A stretch of 60,507 nt of DNA from Acidobacteriota bacterium (GTDB taxonomy: Bacteria; Acidobacteriota; Vicinamibacteria; Vicinamibacterales; CAVVIG01). The stretch spans positions 1-60,507 of the forward strand of contig JAGWRA010000189.1 in NCBI GenBank assembly GCA_028876655.1, read 5' to 3'. This document shows, piece after piece, positions 25,012-33,724 of the stretch (position 1 is its first letter; each line of letters starts with the position of its first letter). The position numbers were made by a program, and so were the translations under genes. The notes beneath the pieces were generated by a model. That model was not told the DNA's origin and did no database searches. It worked only from the letters and a program-made list of their open reading frames with translations.

Positions 25012-27450
25012 ATGCCTCGTCCCCTCCGTCGGCTCGTCGGACTGGTGGCGCTGCTGCTGGTGCCGGCTGCGGCGCCCGTGGCGCCGGCAGCGGCCGCTCC
25101 GGCCACGACCACGCTCAAGGTGGCCGGCCTCGAACAGCCCGTCCGGATCATCAAGGACCGCTGGGGCATCGCCCACATCTACGCGACGAACGAGCACGAC
25201 CTGTTCTTCGCGCAGGGCTACAGCGCCGCCCGCGACCGGCTGTTCCAGTTCGAGCTGTGGCGCCGGCGTGCCACCGGCACCGTCGCCGAGATGCTCGGGC
25301 CGCGCGAACTGCAGCGCGACATCGGCGCGCGCCTGTTCATGTTCCGCGGGAACCTGGACGAGGAGCTGAACTACTACCACCCGCACGGCAAGGCGATCGT
25401 GCAGGCGTACGTCGACGGGGTGAACGCCTGGATCGCGCGGACCGAGCAGGATCCGTCCCTGCTGCCGGAGGAGTTCAGGATGCTGGGGATCAAGCCGGGG
25501 CGGTGGACGCCGGCGGTGGTGGTCTCACGCTTCAACGGGCTGCTGGCGAACATCAATCAGGAGCTGAACTTCGCCCAGGCGATCCGGGTGCTCGGCGTCG
25601 ACAAGGTGAAGGACCTCTCGTACTTCCAGCCGGCGAATCCCGACCTGCACGTCGACCCGGCGATCGACCTCTCGCTGCTCTCGAGCCGGATCCTCGACGT
25701 CTACAACGCCTTCCGCGAGCCGGTGCACTTCACGCCCGACGAGATTGCGCCGCCGTGGCGGGGCTCCGAGCATGCGATGGCCGACCTGCAGCGCTGGACG
25801 GCGTCGCCCTCGGCCATCGATCTGAGCCTGCGGCAGGAGGACATCGGGTCGAACAACTGGGTCGTGAGCGGGGCCCTCACGCAGAGCCACTTCCCGATCA
25901 TGGCGAACGACCCGCACCGCGTGCAGGAGGCGCCGTCGCTGCGCTACTGGGTGCACCTGGTGGCGCCCGGCTGGGACGTGATCGGCTCGGGCGAGCCGGT
26001 GCTGCCCGGCGTGTCGATCGGCCACAACCAGTACGGCGCCTGGGGCCTCACCGTCTTCGGCAACGACAGCGAGGACCTGTACGTCTACGACACCAACCCG
26101 GCCAACCCGCTCCAGTACAAGTACGAAGGCGGCTGGGAGACGATGCACGTCATCAAGACGACGATCCCCGTGAAGGGGCAGGCGCCGGTGACGGTCGATC
26201 TGAAGTACACGCGGCACGGGCCCGTCGTCTACGAGGATCACGTGCACCACAAGGCGTACGCCGTGCGGGCGGCGTGGCTCGACATCGGCTCGGCGCCGTA
26301 CCTGGCGAGCCTGCGGATGGACCAGGCGCGCAACTGGGAGGAGTTCCGCGAGGCCTGCAGCTACAGCCGGATTCCGGCGGAGAACATGGTCTGGGCCGGC
26401 GTCGACGGGACGATCGGCTACCAGGCGGTCGGCGTCGAGCCGCTGCGGCCGAACTGGAGCGGCCTGGTGCCGGTGCCGGGCGACGGGCGGTACGAGTGGG
26501 ACGGCTACCTGCCGATCAAGGCGCTGCCGCACGTCGTCAATCCGGCGAAGGGGTTCTGGAACACGTCGAACAACTACCTGATTCCGCGCGACTATCCCTA
26601 CCCGGAGGCGCTGCACTACACCTGGGCGGATCCCTACCGGGCGTCGCGCGTCGCCGAGTTCCTCGGGTCGGGACGCATCTTCAGCGTCGCCGACATGATC
26701 GAGCTGCAGAACAGCGTCCTGTCGCTGCCGGCGCGCAGCCTCGTGCCGCTGCTGAAGAACCTCCCGATCGCGGACGGCGTGGTGGCGAAGGCGCGCGACA
26801 CGCTGCTGGGGTGGAACGACAGCCTGGATCGCGACTCGGTGGCCGCAGGCATCTACGAGATGTGGCAGCGCCACCTCCAGCAGGACGTCCGGACGATGTT
26901 CGTGCCGGCGGCGGCGCGGCCGTTCATCGGGTTCATCAGCCTGAAGAAGACGATCGACTGGCTGGAGGCGCCCGACGGCCGGTTCGGCCCCGACCCGCTG
27001 GCCGGGCGCGACGCCCTGCTGGTGAAGAGCCTGACCGAGGCGGTGCAGGACCTGACGAAGCGGCTCGGACCGGATCCGGCGAACTGGCAGCTCGGTCACT
27101 ACCACCACGCGCTGATCCACCATCCGCTCGACACGGCGGTGAACGCGGAGACGCGGGCGAAGCTCGACGTGGGACCGCTGCCGCGCGGCGGCGACAGCTA
27201 CACGGTGGACGCCACCGGCGGCGGGGACAACCAGACGTCAGGCGGGTCGTTCAAGATCATCGCCGACACGGAGAACTGGGACAACTCGGTCGGCATCAAC
27301 AACCCCGGACAGTCGGGGAACCTCGACAGCCCGCACTACCGCGACCTCTTCCCGCTGTGGGCCAACGGGCGGTACTTCCCGGTGCTGTACTCGAAGGGGA
27401 AGGTGGAGTCGGCGGCCGAGGAGACGATCACGCTCGAGCCGGGGCGGTGA
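25012..27450 (+). CDS. penicillin/AHL acylase family (Ntn hydrolase, S45) protein, secreted
   Basis: Signal peptide. IKDRWGIAHIYA, FFAQGYSAARDRLFQFELWRR and the processing-site-like GSNNWVVSG. Confidence 0.85.
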   Translation: MPRPLRRLVGLVALLLVPAAAPVAPAAAAPATTTLKVAGLEQPVRIIKDRWGIAHIYATNEHDLFFAQGYSAARDRLFQFELWRRRATGTVAEMLGPRELQRDIGARLFMFRGNLDEELNYYHPHGKAIVQAYVDGVNAWIARTEQDPSLLPEEFRMLGIKPGRWTPAVVVSRFNGLLANINQELNFAQAIRVLGVDKVKDLSYFQPANPDLHVDPAIDLSLLSSRILDVYNAFREPVHFTPDEIAPPWRGSEHAMADLQRWTASPSAIDLSLRQEDIGSNNWVVSGALTQSHFPIMANDPHRVQEAPSLRYWVHLVAPGWDVIGSGEPVLPGVSIGHNQYGAWGLTVFGNDSEDLYVYDTNPANPLQYKYEGGWETMHVIKTTIPVKGQAPVTVDLKYTRHGPVVYEDHVHHKAYAVRAAWLDIGSAPYLASLRMDQARNWEEFREACSYSRIPAENMVWAGVDGTIGYQAVGVEPLRPNWSGLVPVPGDGRYEWDGYLPIKALPHVVNPAKGFWNTSNNYLIPRDYPYPEALHYTWADPYRASRVAEFLGSGRIFSVADMIELQNSVLSLPARSLVPLLKNLPIADGVVAKARDTLLGWNDSLDRDSVAAGIYEMWQRHLQQDVRTMFVPAAARPFIGFISLKKTIDWLEAPDGRFGPDPLAGRDALLVKSLTEAVQDLTKRLGPDPANWQLGHYHHALIHHPLDTAVNAETRAKLDVGPLPRGGDSYTVDATGGGDNQTSGGSFKIIADTENWDNSVGINNPGQSGNLDSPHYRDLFPLWANGRYFPVLYSKGKVESAAEETITLEPGR

Positions 27451-27458
27451 TCATGTCC

Positions 27459-27486
27459 AGGCGATAGGCTATGGGCGGTAGGCGAT
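27459..27486 (+). repeat. tandem heptamers AGGCGAT AGGCTAT GGGCGGT AGGCGAT
   Basis: In-phase units beginning 9 nt after the acylase stop. About 33/37 identity to 23278-23314. Confidence 0.75.
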
Positions 27487-27493
27487 CGGGTTG

Positions 27494-27523
27494 GGCTCGG
27501 CGCTCCGGTGGTCGCGCCGAGCC
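27494..27523. terminator. hairpin GGCTCGGCGC-N10-GCGCCGAGCC between convergent genes
   Basis: Perfect 10-bp stem seen directly. Confidence 0.55.
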
Positions 27524-27586
27524 TTCATCAGCGCATCTGCCGCGGCGCCTGCCGCGCGCTCTGGCGCCAGTGGTCTCTGCAGCCCT

Positions 27587-27614
27587 ACCGCCTGTCGCCC
27601 GCCGCCTACCGCCT
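27587..27614. repeat. inverted heptamer array ACCGCCT GTCGCCC GCCGCCT ACCGCCT (complement of AGGCGGT units)
   Basis: Reverse complement of the 27459-27486 unit family. The two arrays could pair around the central hairpin. Confidence 0.7.
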
Positions 27615-27628
27615 TCAGCGTCAGTTGC

Positions 27629-28135
27629 CTACATCTGTCCTTCGTCGGCCGAGGGACCGTAGATGGACGGGACGGCGATGTCGTTCAGCCGCAGGTAGAC
27701 GCTGAGCTGGCCGCGGTGGTGGATGTTGTGGTTCATCACGAAGCTGCGGAGGGTGGCGGCGCGCGGCATCGAGAAGACCGTCTGGCCCTTGCTCTTCAGC
27801 GTCCAGTTCGCCAGGTACTCGGCATCGGTCTTCGCCGCCAGGATGGCGCGGGCCGCCCGGGTCGCGGCGTCGAAGCGATCGAGCATGGCGGCGCGCGTCT
27901 TCGGCCGCGCGGCCGCGTCGGACGGCGGGGCGGTGGCGACGTCGAACTCGGTCTGGTTCATGATCGCGTCGGTCCAGTGCGCCATGTCCGCCAGGTGGAT
28001 CGCCAGATCTCCCATGCTCATCGACTTCGGGTGCGGCTTCCAGCCGAACTTCTCGTCGGGCACGCGCTCGAGCACGCGCCGCGTGGTCCCCATCTCGTGA
28101 TCGAACTCGGGCAGCAGGGCATCTTTGATCGCCAT
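27629..28135 (-). CDS. DinB-family protein
   Basis: Helical-bundle pattern with HLADMAHW and HNIHHRGQL, the His residues typical of DinB. Start at the ATG at 28135. Confidence 0.75.
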   Translation of the reverse strand: MAIKDALLPEFDHEMGTTRRVLERVPDEKFGWKPHPKSMSMGDLAIHLADMAHWTDAIMNQTEFDVATAPPSDAAARPKTRAAMLDRFDAATRAARAILAAKTDAEYLANWTLKSKGQTVFSMPRAATLRSFVMNHNIHHRGQLSVYLRLNDIAVPSIYGPSADEGQM

Positions 28136-28186
28136 GCGTGATCTCCTCCATCGGCCGGGATTCACCGGCCTGTCCTGCGCGGCTGG

Positions 28187-28783
28187 TTACTTCTTGCCGA
28201 AATCGACCGTGGGCACCTTCTGGGCCGCCTCGGGTGCCTTGAAGAACGGGTATTCCTGGAAGCCGAACATCTTCGCCGTGAGGTTGGACGGGAACTGGCG
28301 GCGCAGCGTGTTGTACTCCTGCACCCGCTCGTTGTACCGCATCCGCTCGACGGCAATCCGGTTCTCGGTCCCCGACAGCTCGTCCATCAGCCGGTTGAAC
28401 TGTTCGTCGGCCTTCAGCTGCGGGTAGGCCTCGGCGATGGCGAGCAGCCGCCCCAGCGCCGCCGACTGCTGGTTCGCGGCGGCAATCGTGTCGGCGGGCG
28501 TCTGCGCGCCAGCCAGCTTCGCGCGCGAGTCGGCGATGGCTTCGAAGACGCCACTCTCGTGCGCGGCGTAGCCCTTGACGGTGGCCACGAGGTTCGGAAT
28601 CAGGTCGTTCCGGCGCTGGAGCTGGTTCTGCACCTGCGCCCACTGTGCCTTGATGGCTTCCTGCTGGCTCACGAAGCGGTTGTACGAACAGCCCGACAGG
28701 CTGGCCGCCAGGCCGGCCAGGGCGACGATCTGCAGCGCGGTCACGAGCCGCCGCCGGCCACGGGGCCGAATGTCTCGATTCAC
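28187..28783 (-). CDS. lemA: LemA family protein
   Basis: Lipoprotein-like LSGC, then QWAQVQNQLQRRNDLIPNLV and RMRYNERVQEYN, which are typical LemA segments. GTG start with GGGAGG upstream. Confidence 0.9.
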   Translation of the reverse strand: MNRDIRPRGRRRLVTALQIVALAGLAASLSGCSYNRFVSQQEAIKAQWAQVQNQLQRRNDLIPNLVATVKGYAAHESGVFEAIADSRAKLAGAQTPADTIAAANQQSAALGRLLAIAEAYPQLKADEQFNRLMDELSGTENRIAVERMRYNERVQEYNTLRRQFPSNLTAKMFGFQEYPFFKAPEAAQKVPTVDFGKK

Positions 28784-28816
28784 GGTGATGCCTCCCGCTG
28801 ACTCCAGTTGCCGATG

Positions 28817-29671
28817 CTACCACCCGGCGCCGCCGCCGCCCCCGCCGCTGGCTCCGCCCCCGAACCCGCCAAAGCCGCCGCCGAACCCGCCGCCCGATCC
28901 GCCGAATCCCCCGAACCCGCCGAAGCCGCCCCCGAACCCGCCCCCGAACATGCCGATGCCGCTCGACCACATGCCACCGCGCCAGCCGCCGCGCGGGCCG
29001 CCGCCGTGGCGTCCGCCGATGGCCCGGCCGATGAGGGCGATGCCGACGATGATGAGGACGAGCGCCCAGAGCGGCAGGCCCTGCGGCTGGGGCGGCGCGG
29101 GCTCGGGCGGCTGCACGCCGTCGAGCGCCACGTGCCTGGCCTGCGCGATCCGCCCGATGATCCGGGTCGTCCCCGCCAGCAGCCCCTGGCCGTACTCCCC
29201 CTGCCGGAAGTCCGGCACCATGAACAGGCGGCTCGTCTCGCCCGAGAAGCCGTCGGTGACGTACGGCTCGAGGCCGTAGCCCACCTCGATCCAGACGCGG
29301 TGTTCTCTGAGCGAGAGGAGGATCAGCAGGCCGTTGTCCTTGCCCTTCTCGCCGATGCCGCGGCCGTGGTTCTCGAAGAGCTTGACGGCGTACTCCTGGA
29401 TGTCGCCGTACGGGGCGAAGGTCGGGATGGTGGCGACCACGACGGCGTCGCCCGTGGCCGCCTGGAGCTTCCGGATCTGGCTGGTCATGGCCGCGGCGCT
29501 GGCGGCATCGATGACATGGGCGAAGTCGTTGACCGGCTGCGTGAGCGCGGGCAGCGCATCGTCGGCGCTCCGGGCCAGGGCGGGCCGGGCCGCGAGGCAG
29601 AGCGCCAGCAGCAGCAGGGCGAGCGCCCGCCGTCCGGGGATCGAGGTGAAGCGGGCTACGACGCGTGCCAT
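28817..29671 (-). CDS. TPM-domain protein (YgcG-like) with a TM segment and a Gly-rich tail
   Basis: VNDFAHVIDAASAAAMTSQIRKLQAATGDAVVVATIP, a hydrophobic segment, and GGFGGGFGGFGG repeats. This is the classic LemA neighbour. Confidence 0.8.
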   Translation of the reverse strand: MARVVARFTSIPGRRALALLLLALCLAARPALARSADDALPALTQPVNDFAHVIDAASAAAMTSQIRKLQAATGDAVVVATIPTFAPYGDIQEYAVKLFENHGRGIGEKGKDNGLLILLSLREHRVWIEVGYGLEPYVTDGFSGETSRLFMVPDFRQGEYGQGLLAGTTRIIGRIAQARHVALDGVQPPEPAPPQPQGLPLWALVLIIVGIALIGRAIGGRHGGGPRGGWRGGMWSSGIGMFGGGFGGGFGGFGGFGGSGGGFGGGFGGFGGGASGGGGGGAGW

Positions 29672-30360
29672 GTGTCGGCGTATCGGGCCAGCCGGTCGAC
29701 CGCGTCCAGATACGCGGGGAAGAGCCGGAGCGCCGCGTCGGCATCGGGATGGCCGTTGCCGGCGAGCGCGAGCACGTCGCGCAGGACGTGCGTTTCGAGA
29801 CGCAGCCGGCCGCGGATGTGGGCGGCCAGGCTCTCGTGATCACCGGATGAGACGCCCTCGAGCCGGGCGATGTTCCGGAGCAGGGCGGCGAGGGCCGGTG
29901 CCGAGGCCACGATGAGGTCGCTGACGGCGCGCGGCCGGCCGGCCGCCTCGAGGTATCCCTCGCGGTGGTGGAGCAGGTGGCTGCGGGCCTGCACCTCGCA
30001 CGCCCGCCGCAGGTCGGCCTCGCGGACCTGCAGGTCCGCGAAGGGATCGGTCCCGGCCAGCACGCGATGGTCCGCGATGATCTCGCCGTACTCCAGGGGG
30101 AAGACGTCGAGCGAGCGGGCGAACTCGTCGGCCGGCAGCAGCAGCGGCGTGGCGATGCCGTGCGCGTGCCACTCGGCCACCGACGGGGCGCAGGCCGCCA
30201 GGTCGTCGAACGTCAGGCCGTCGACGAGCGCCAGCGTGTGGAGGGGACCGGACGCCCGGTGCGTCCGCTCGCCGTAGACGAGGAAGGACCGGAGCCGCCC
30301 GCCGAACTTCTCGCGGAACGTGAGCAGCACCGGCGCCAGCGCGCGTGCCGGATCGGACAT
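29656..30360 (-). CDS. hypothetical protein, possibly nucleotidyltransferase-like
   Basis: Coding bias. Overlaps the TPM gene start by 16 nt, suggesting an operon. VFPLEYGEI recalls minimal nucleotidyltransferase relatives, but the assignment is weak. Confidence 0.45.
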   Translation of the reverse strand: MSDPARALAPVLLTFREKFGGRLRSFLVYGERTHRASGPLHTLALVDGLTFDDLAACAPSVAEWHAHGIATPLLLPADEFARSLDVFPLEYGEIIADHRVLAGTDPFADLQVREADLRRACEVQARSHLLHHREGYLEAAGRPRAVSDLIVASAPALAALLRNIARLEGVSSGDHESLAAHIRGRLRLETHVLRDVLALAGNGHPDADAALRLFPAYLDAVDRLARYADTWHAS

Positions 30361-30444
30361 GCCGTCTATTGTAGTGCAGGGCCGCCGGCGGTCTGCGGGC
30401 GGCCCTGTTTCGACAACGTGACGGCCGAGCGATAGAATCCCGGC

Positions 30445-31410
30445 ATGCACCTGCGGCAACTGAAGATCGGCTGCTTCGGCGGAGGCACGGGGCTGCCGAG
30501 CCTGCTCGGCGGACTGAAGACGAACCCCTGGCTCGACGTCAACGCCGTGGTCACGATGTTCGACAGCGGCGGGAGTTCGGGACAGCTGAAGGACGAGCTG
30601 GGGGTGCTGCCGCCGGGCGACGTGCTGAAGTGCACGCTGGCGCTGTCGCGCAACGAGCGCGAGGCGCGGCGGGTGCTGCTGGCCCGGCTGCCGACCCTCG
30701 AGCACCCGCGGCTGAGCGGGCACACCGGCGGCAACCTGCTGCTCTCGATGATGCAGCGCTACAGCGGCGACTTCCTGGCGGCCGTCGACGGGCTGCGCGC
30801 GCTGCTCGGCTGTTCGGGGCGCGTCTGGCCGATCAGCGTCGATCACGCCAGCGTCTGCGCCGAGTACGGCGACGGATCGCAGACGCGCGGCGAGGTGGAG
30901 GTGGACGCCGGGCAGACGCTCGGCCGCTTCGTCAAGCGCATCTGGCTCGAGCCGGAGCCGACGATCCTGCCCCAGGTCGCCGACGCCATCCGCGGATTCG
31001 ACGCCGTCGTCATCGGGCCGGGCAGCTTCTACACCAGCCTGATGCCGATCCTGCTCGTCAAGGGGGTGCCGGAGGCGCTCGGGGCGGTGCGCGGGCCGGT
31101 GATTCTCGTCGCGAATCTGCTGACCGAAGGGCGCGGGATGCGTGGCTTCACCGCGGCGCACGCCGTGGCGCGCGTGGAGGAAGCGATCGCCCGCCGGGTC
31201 GACGTCGTGATCGCCAACACGCAGGTCCCGTCACCGGAGACCCTCGCCCGCTATGCCGCCGAACACAAGCAGCCGCTGGACGTCGGCGACCTGCCGAAGT
31301 ACTGCGAGGTGGTGGAAGGGGAGTTCTGGCGCCACGAAATCGCCCGTCACGACCGCCGCCGCCTGGCCTACGCGGCGTGGAGCGTGCTGTCGCGGCGGCT
31401 GCTGGACTGA
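30445..31410 (+). CDS. YvcK/CofD-family (gluconeogenesis factor-like) protein
   Basis: IGCFGGGTGLPSLLGGLK and VTMFDSGGSSGQL are signature CofD/YvcK motifs. Confidence 0.85.
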   Translation: MHLRQLKIGCFGGGTGLPSLLGGLKTNPWLDVNAVVTMFDSGGSSGQLKDELGVLPPGDVLKCTLALSRNEREARRVLLARLPTLEHPRLSGHTGGNLLLSMMQRYSGDFLAAVDGLRALLGCSGRVWPISVDHASVCAEYGDGSQTRGEVEVDAGQTLGRFVKRIWLEPEPTILPQVADAIRGFDAVVIGPGSFYTSLMPILLVKGVPEALGAVRGPVILVANLLTEGRGMRGFTAAHAVARVEEAIARRVDVVIANTQVPSPETLARYAAEHKQPLDVGDLPKYCEVVEGEFWRHEIARHDRRRLAYAAWSVLSRRLLD

Positions 31411-31416
31411 CACCTG

Positions 31417-31507
31417 TCACGTGCAATGTGCCGCGTGCAGGGTGCAAGGTGCGGCTTGTCCGTGCCGCGTGCGCAACACCCGTTGCGCATTGCCCGTTGC
31501 CCGTTGC
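31417..31507. repeat. 13 in-phase heptamers (NNNNGTG x5, then NNGTTGC-type units) between convergent genes
   Basis: TCACGTG CAATGTG CCGCGTG CAGGGTG CAAGGTG CGGCTTG TCCGTGC CGCGTGC GCAACAC CCGTTGC GCATTGC CCGTTGC CCGTTGC. Contains the hairpin TGCGCAAC-accc-GTTGCGCA (31470-31489). Confidence 0.85.
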
Positions 31508-31525
31508 GACGCCCGGGAGGGCGCC

Positions 31526-32269
31526 TCATCTCTTCTTCTTTGCCACCCGCTTCCGCGTCGTCGTCTTCTTCGCGGCCGTCTTCCGGGCGGCGTTCGCCGC
31601 GCGGCCGGCTTTCTTCCGCGCCGCGCGCTCCAGCACCTCGGCGAGCAGCTTGCCGGCCACGCCGCCCCGGGCCGGGCGCTTCGATTCCCAGATGGCCGGG
31701 GCCTCGGCGCCGACGATGTCCTCGAAGTCGCCGCCGCTCTTGACGCTGAGCGGGGCGAAGGTGGCGATGTCGATCGGTCCGGCCCACGCGTCACGGTGCT
31801 TGATCAGCAGCCAGCCGTTGCTCCCCCCGAAGCGCGTCCGTACCAGCACCCACGAGCCCTTCAGCTTGTAGCCGTTCAGCCGGAACTTCAGGTCCCCCTT
31901 CCGCAGCGCCGCATCCACATCGTCGACTTCCGGCTCCCACGTGCCGCGGTCCCACAGCATGACGATGCCGGCGCCGTACCCTTCGGGAATCACCTCTTCG
32001 AAGTCGCCGTACTCGATCGGGTGATCCTCCACCTGGGCGGCGAACCGCTTCACGGCCGGATCGATGGACGGCCCCTTCGGGACGGCCCAGGACAGCAGCA
32101 CGCCGTCGTGCTCGAGCCGGAAGTCGTAGTGCAGATGGCTGGCCAGATGCTTCTGGACGCAGAAGAAGAGGCCCTTCGACGGGCGGCGGCGCCGCGGACT
32201 GCCAGCCGGCTCCGGCGATTTCGTGAAGTCGCGCTTCGCGCGGTAGTGCTCGAGGGGCATGGCGGGCAC
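31526..32269 (-). CDS. stand-alone LigD-type 3'-phosphoesterase domain protein with a Lys/Ala-rich basic tail
   Basis: YRAKRDFTKSPEP, FCVQKHLASHLHYDFRLE, WAVPKGPS and EDHPIEYGDFEGVIP-like motifs. C-terminus KKAGRAANAARKTAAKKTTTRKRVAKKKR. Confidence 0.8.
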   Translation of the reverse strand: MPAMPLEHYRAKRDFTKSPEPAGSPRRRRPSKGLFFCVQKHLASHLHYDFRLEHDGVLLSWAVPKGPSIDPAVKRFAAQVEDHPIEYGDFEEVIPEGYGAGIVMLWDRGTWEPEVDDVDAALRKGDLKFRLNGYKLKGSWVLVRTRFGGSNGWLLIKHRDAWAGPIDIATFAPLSVKSGGDFEDIVGAEAPAIWESKRPARGGVAGKLLAEVLERAARKKAGRAANAARKTAAKKTTTRKRVAKKKR

Positions 32270-32284
32270 GGCTCCGGCGGCGGA

Positions 32285-33592
32285 TCAGGACTCGGCCAGC
32301 GCCGCGCGCTCCTCGGCGTCCACGCGCGCGATGGTCCGCTTGATGGACGGCGTCATCAGCACGAGCAGCACGCCGGTGACCGCCAGGATGCCGACGACGA
32401 GCAGGAAGAACCGGCTGTGCGGCATCCGGGTCCAGTAGGCCCCGATCGAGCCCGACAGGTACCCGCCGATCGACAGGCTGACGAACCAGCCGCCCATCAG
32501 CAGGCCGCGGCTGCGGGGCGGCGCGACGCGGTTGACCAGCGAGAGTCCCATCGGACTGAGCGCGATCTCGCCCATGGCGATGACGATGTAGGCCCAGACG
32601 AGCCACTGAACCGACACGCGGCCGGTGTCGCCGCCGATGAGGCCGGCCCAGGCCATCATGCCGAAGGCGCCGGCCACGAACAGGACGCCGATGAGCATCT
32701 TGACGGGCGTCGAGGGTTCGGCGTTCCGCCGCTGCAGCCACATCCAGGCCCAGACGAACAGCGGCGACAGGAGGATGACGCCCAGCGGCTCGATCGCCTG
32801 GAACTTCTCGGGCGCGATGCTGGTCAGCGTGTTGTCGCGGGCCCAGAAGGTCAGCGTGAAGCCGTTCTGGTAGAAGGCCAGCCAGAAGACGGCCGAGATG
32901 ACGAAGACCATCAGCAGCGTGATCACGCGGGCGCGGGCCTCGGCGGGCGAGACCGCCCGCGCCTCGCGCGAGGTCTCCGCGACCTTCCCGGCCGCGTCGC
33001 CGAGGTAGCGGCGGAAGCCGATGAAGACGGCCAGCGAGATCAGCATCGCCCCGGCCGCCGACGCGAACGCCACGCTCCAGCCGTAGTGGATCCGGAACCA
33101 GGACACGGTCAGGGGCGAGATGAACGCGCCGATGTTGATCCCCATGTAGAAGATGTTGAAGCCGGCGTCGCGCAGCCCCGGGTTGTCGCGATACAGGTTG
33201 CCGACGATCGTCGAGACGTTGGGCTTGAGCAGCCCGCTGCCGCAGGCCAGGAGGGTCAGGCCGGCGTAGAAGAACGGGAGCGACTCGACACCCAGCACGA
33301 GGTGGCCGAGCATCATGAGCGCGCCGCCGATGACGACCGCGCGGTAGAAGCCGAGCACGCGATCGGCGAGGAAGCCGCCGACCAGCGGCAGGAAGTAGAC
33401 GCCCGCGATGTAGCTGCCGTACACCTGGCCGACGTGGGCCACCGAGAAGTGGAGCTTCTCGTTCATGTACAGCGCGAGGATCGCCATCATCGAGTAGAAG
33501 CTGTACCGCTCCCACAGTTCGGTGAAGAACAGGACGTAGAGGCCCGGCGGATGGCGGCGGGAGGCCGCCGGCGCGCGCGAAGCTGTCGGCAT
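32285..33592 (-). CDS. POT/PTR2-family proton-dependent peptide transporter (MFS)
   Basis: FTELWERYSFYSMMAILALYM and GGFLADRVLG are signature POT motifs. Start at the ATG at 33592. Confidence 0.85.
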   Translation of the reverse strand: MPTASRAPAASRRHPPGLYVLFFTELWERYSFYSMMAILALYMNEKLHFSVAHVGQVYGSYIAGVYFLPLVGGFLADRVLGFYRAVVIGGALMMLGHLVLGVESLPFFYAGLTLLACGSGLLKPNVSTIVGNLYRDNPGLRDAGFNIFYMGINIGAFISPLTVSWFRIHYGWSVAFASAAGAMLISLAVFIGFRRYLGDAAGKVAETSREARAVSPAEARARVITLLMVFVISAVFWLAFYQNGFTLTFWARDNTLTSIAPEKFQAIEPLGVILLSPLFVWAWMWLQRRNAEPSTPVKMLIGVLFVAGAFGMMAWAGLIGGDTGRVSVQWLVWAYIVIAMGEIALSPMGLSLVNRVAPPRSRGLLMGGWFVSLSIGGYLSGSIGAYWTRMPHSRFFLLVVGILAVTGVLLVLMTPSIKRTIARVDAEERAALAES

Positions 33593-33620
33593 GCGGGGGA
33601 GTCTAGCACGGGGAGGCCTG

Positions 33621-33711
33621 TCACGTGCGACGTGCCGGGGGCCGGGTGCGACGTCGCACGGACAGGTTCGCACGTGGCACGTGGCACGTTGCGCGTGGCA
33701 CATTGCACGTG
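33621..33711. repeat. 13 in-phase heptamers dominated by GCACGTG in a divergent promoter region
   Basis: TCACGTG CGACGTG CCGGGGG CCGGGTG CGACGTC GCACGGA CAGGTTC GCACGTG GCACGTG GCACGTT GCGCGTG GCACATT GCACGTG. The first half folds as CCTGTC-a-CGTGCGACG / CGTCGCACG-GACAGG. Confidence 0.85.
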
Positions 33712-33724
33712 ACAGACTTTCCCC

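Noticed and set aside
31417-33711. Heptamer arrays as CRISPR arrays, or the bracketed 2.3-kb segment as a transposon
   Set aside because: The units are only 7 nt with no spacers, so this is not a CRISPR array. The bracketed genes are a phosphoesterase and a transporter. There is no transposase, integrase or target-site duplication, so a classical IS or composite transposon is unsupported. It is reported only as a repeat-flanked segment.
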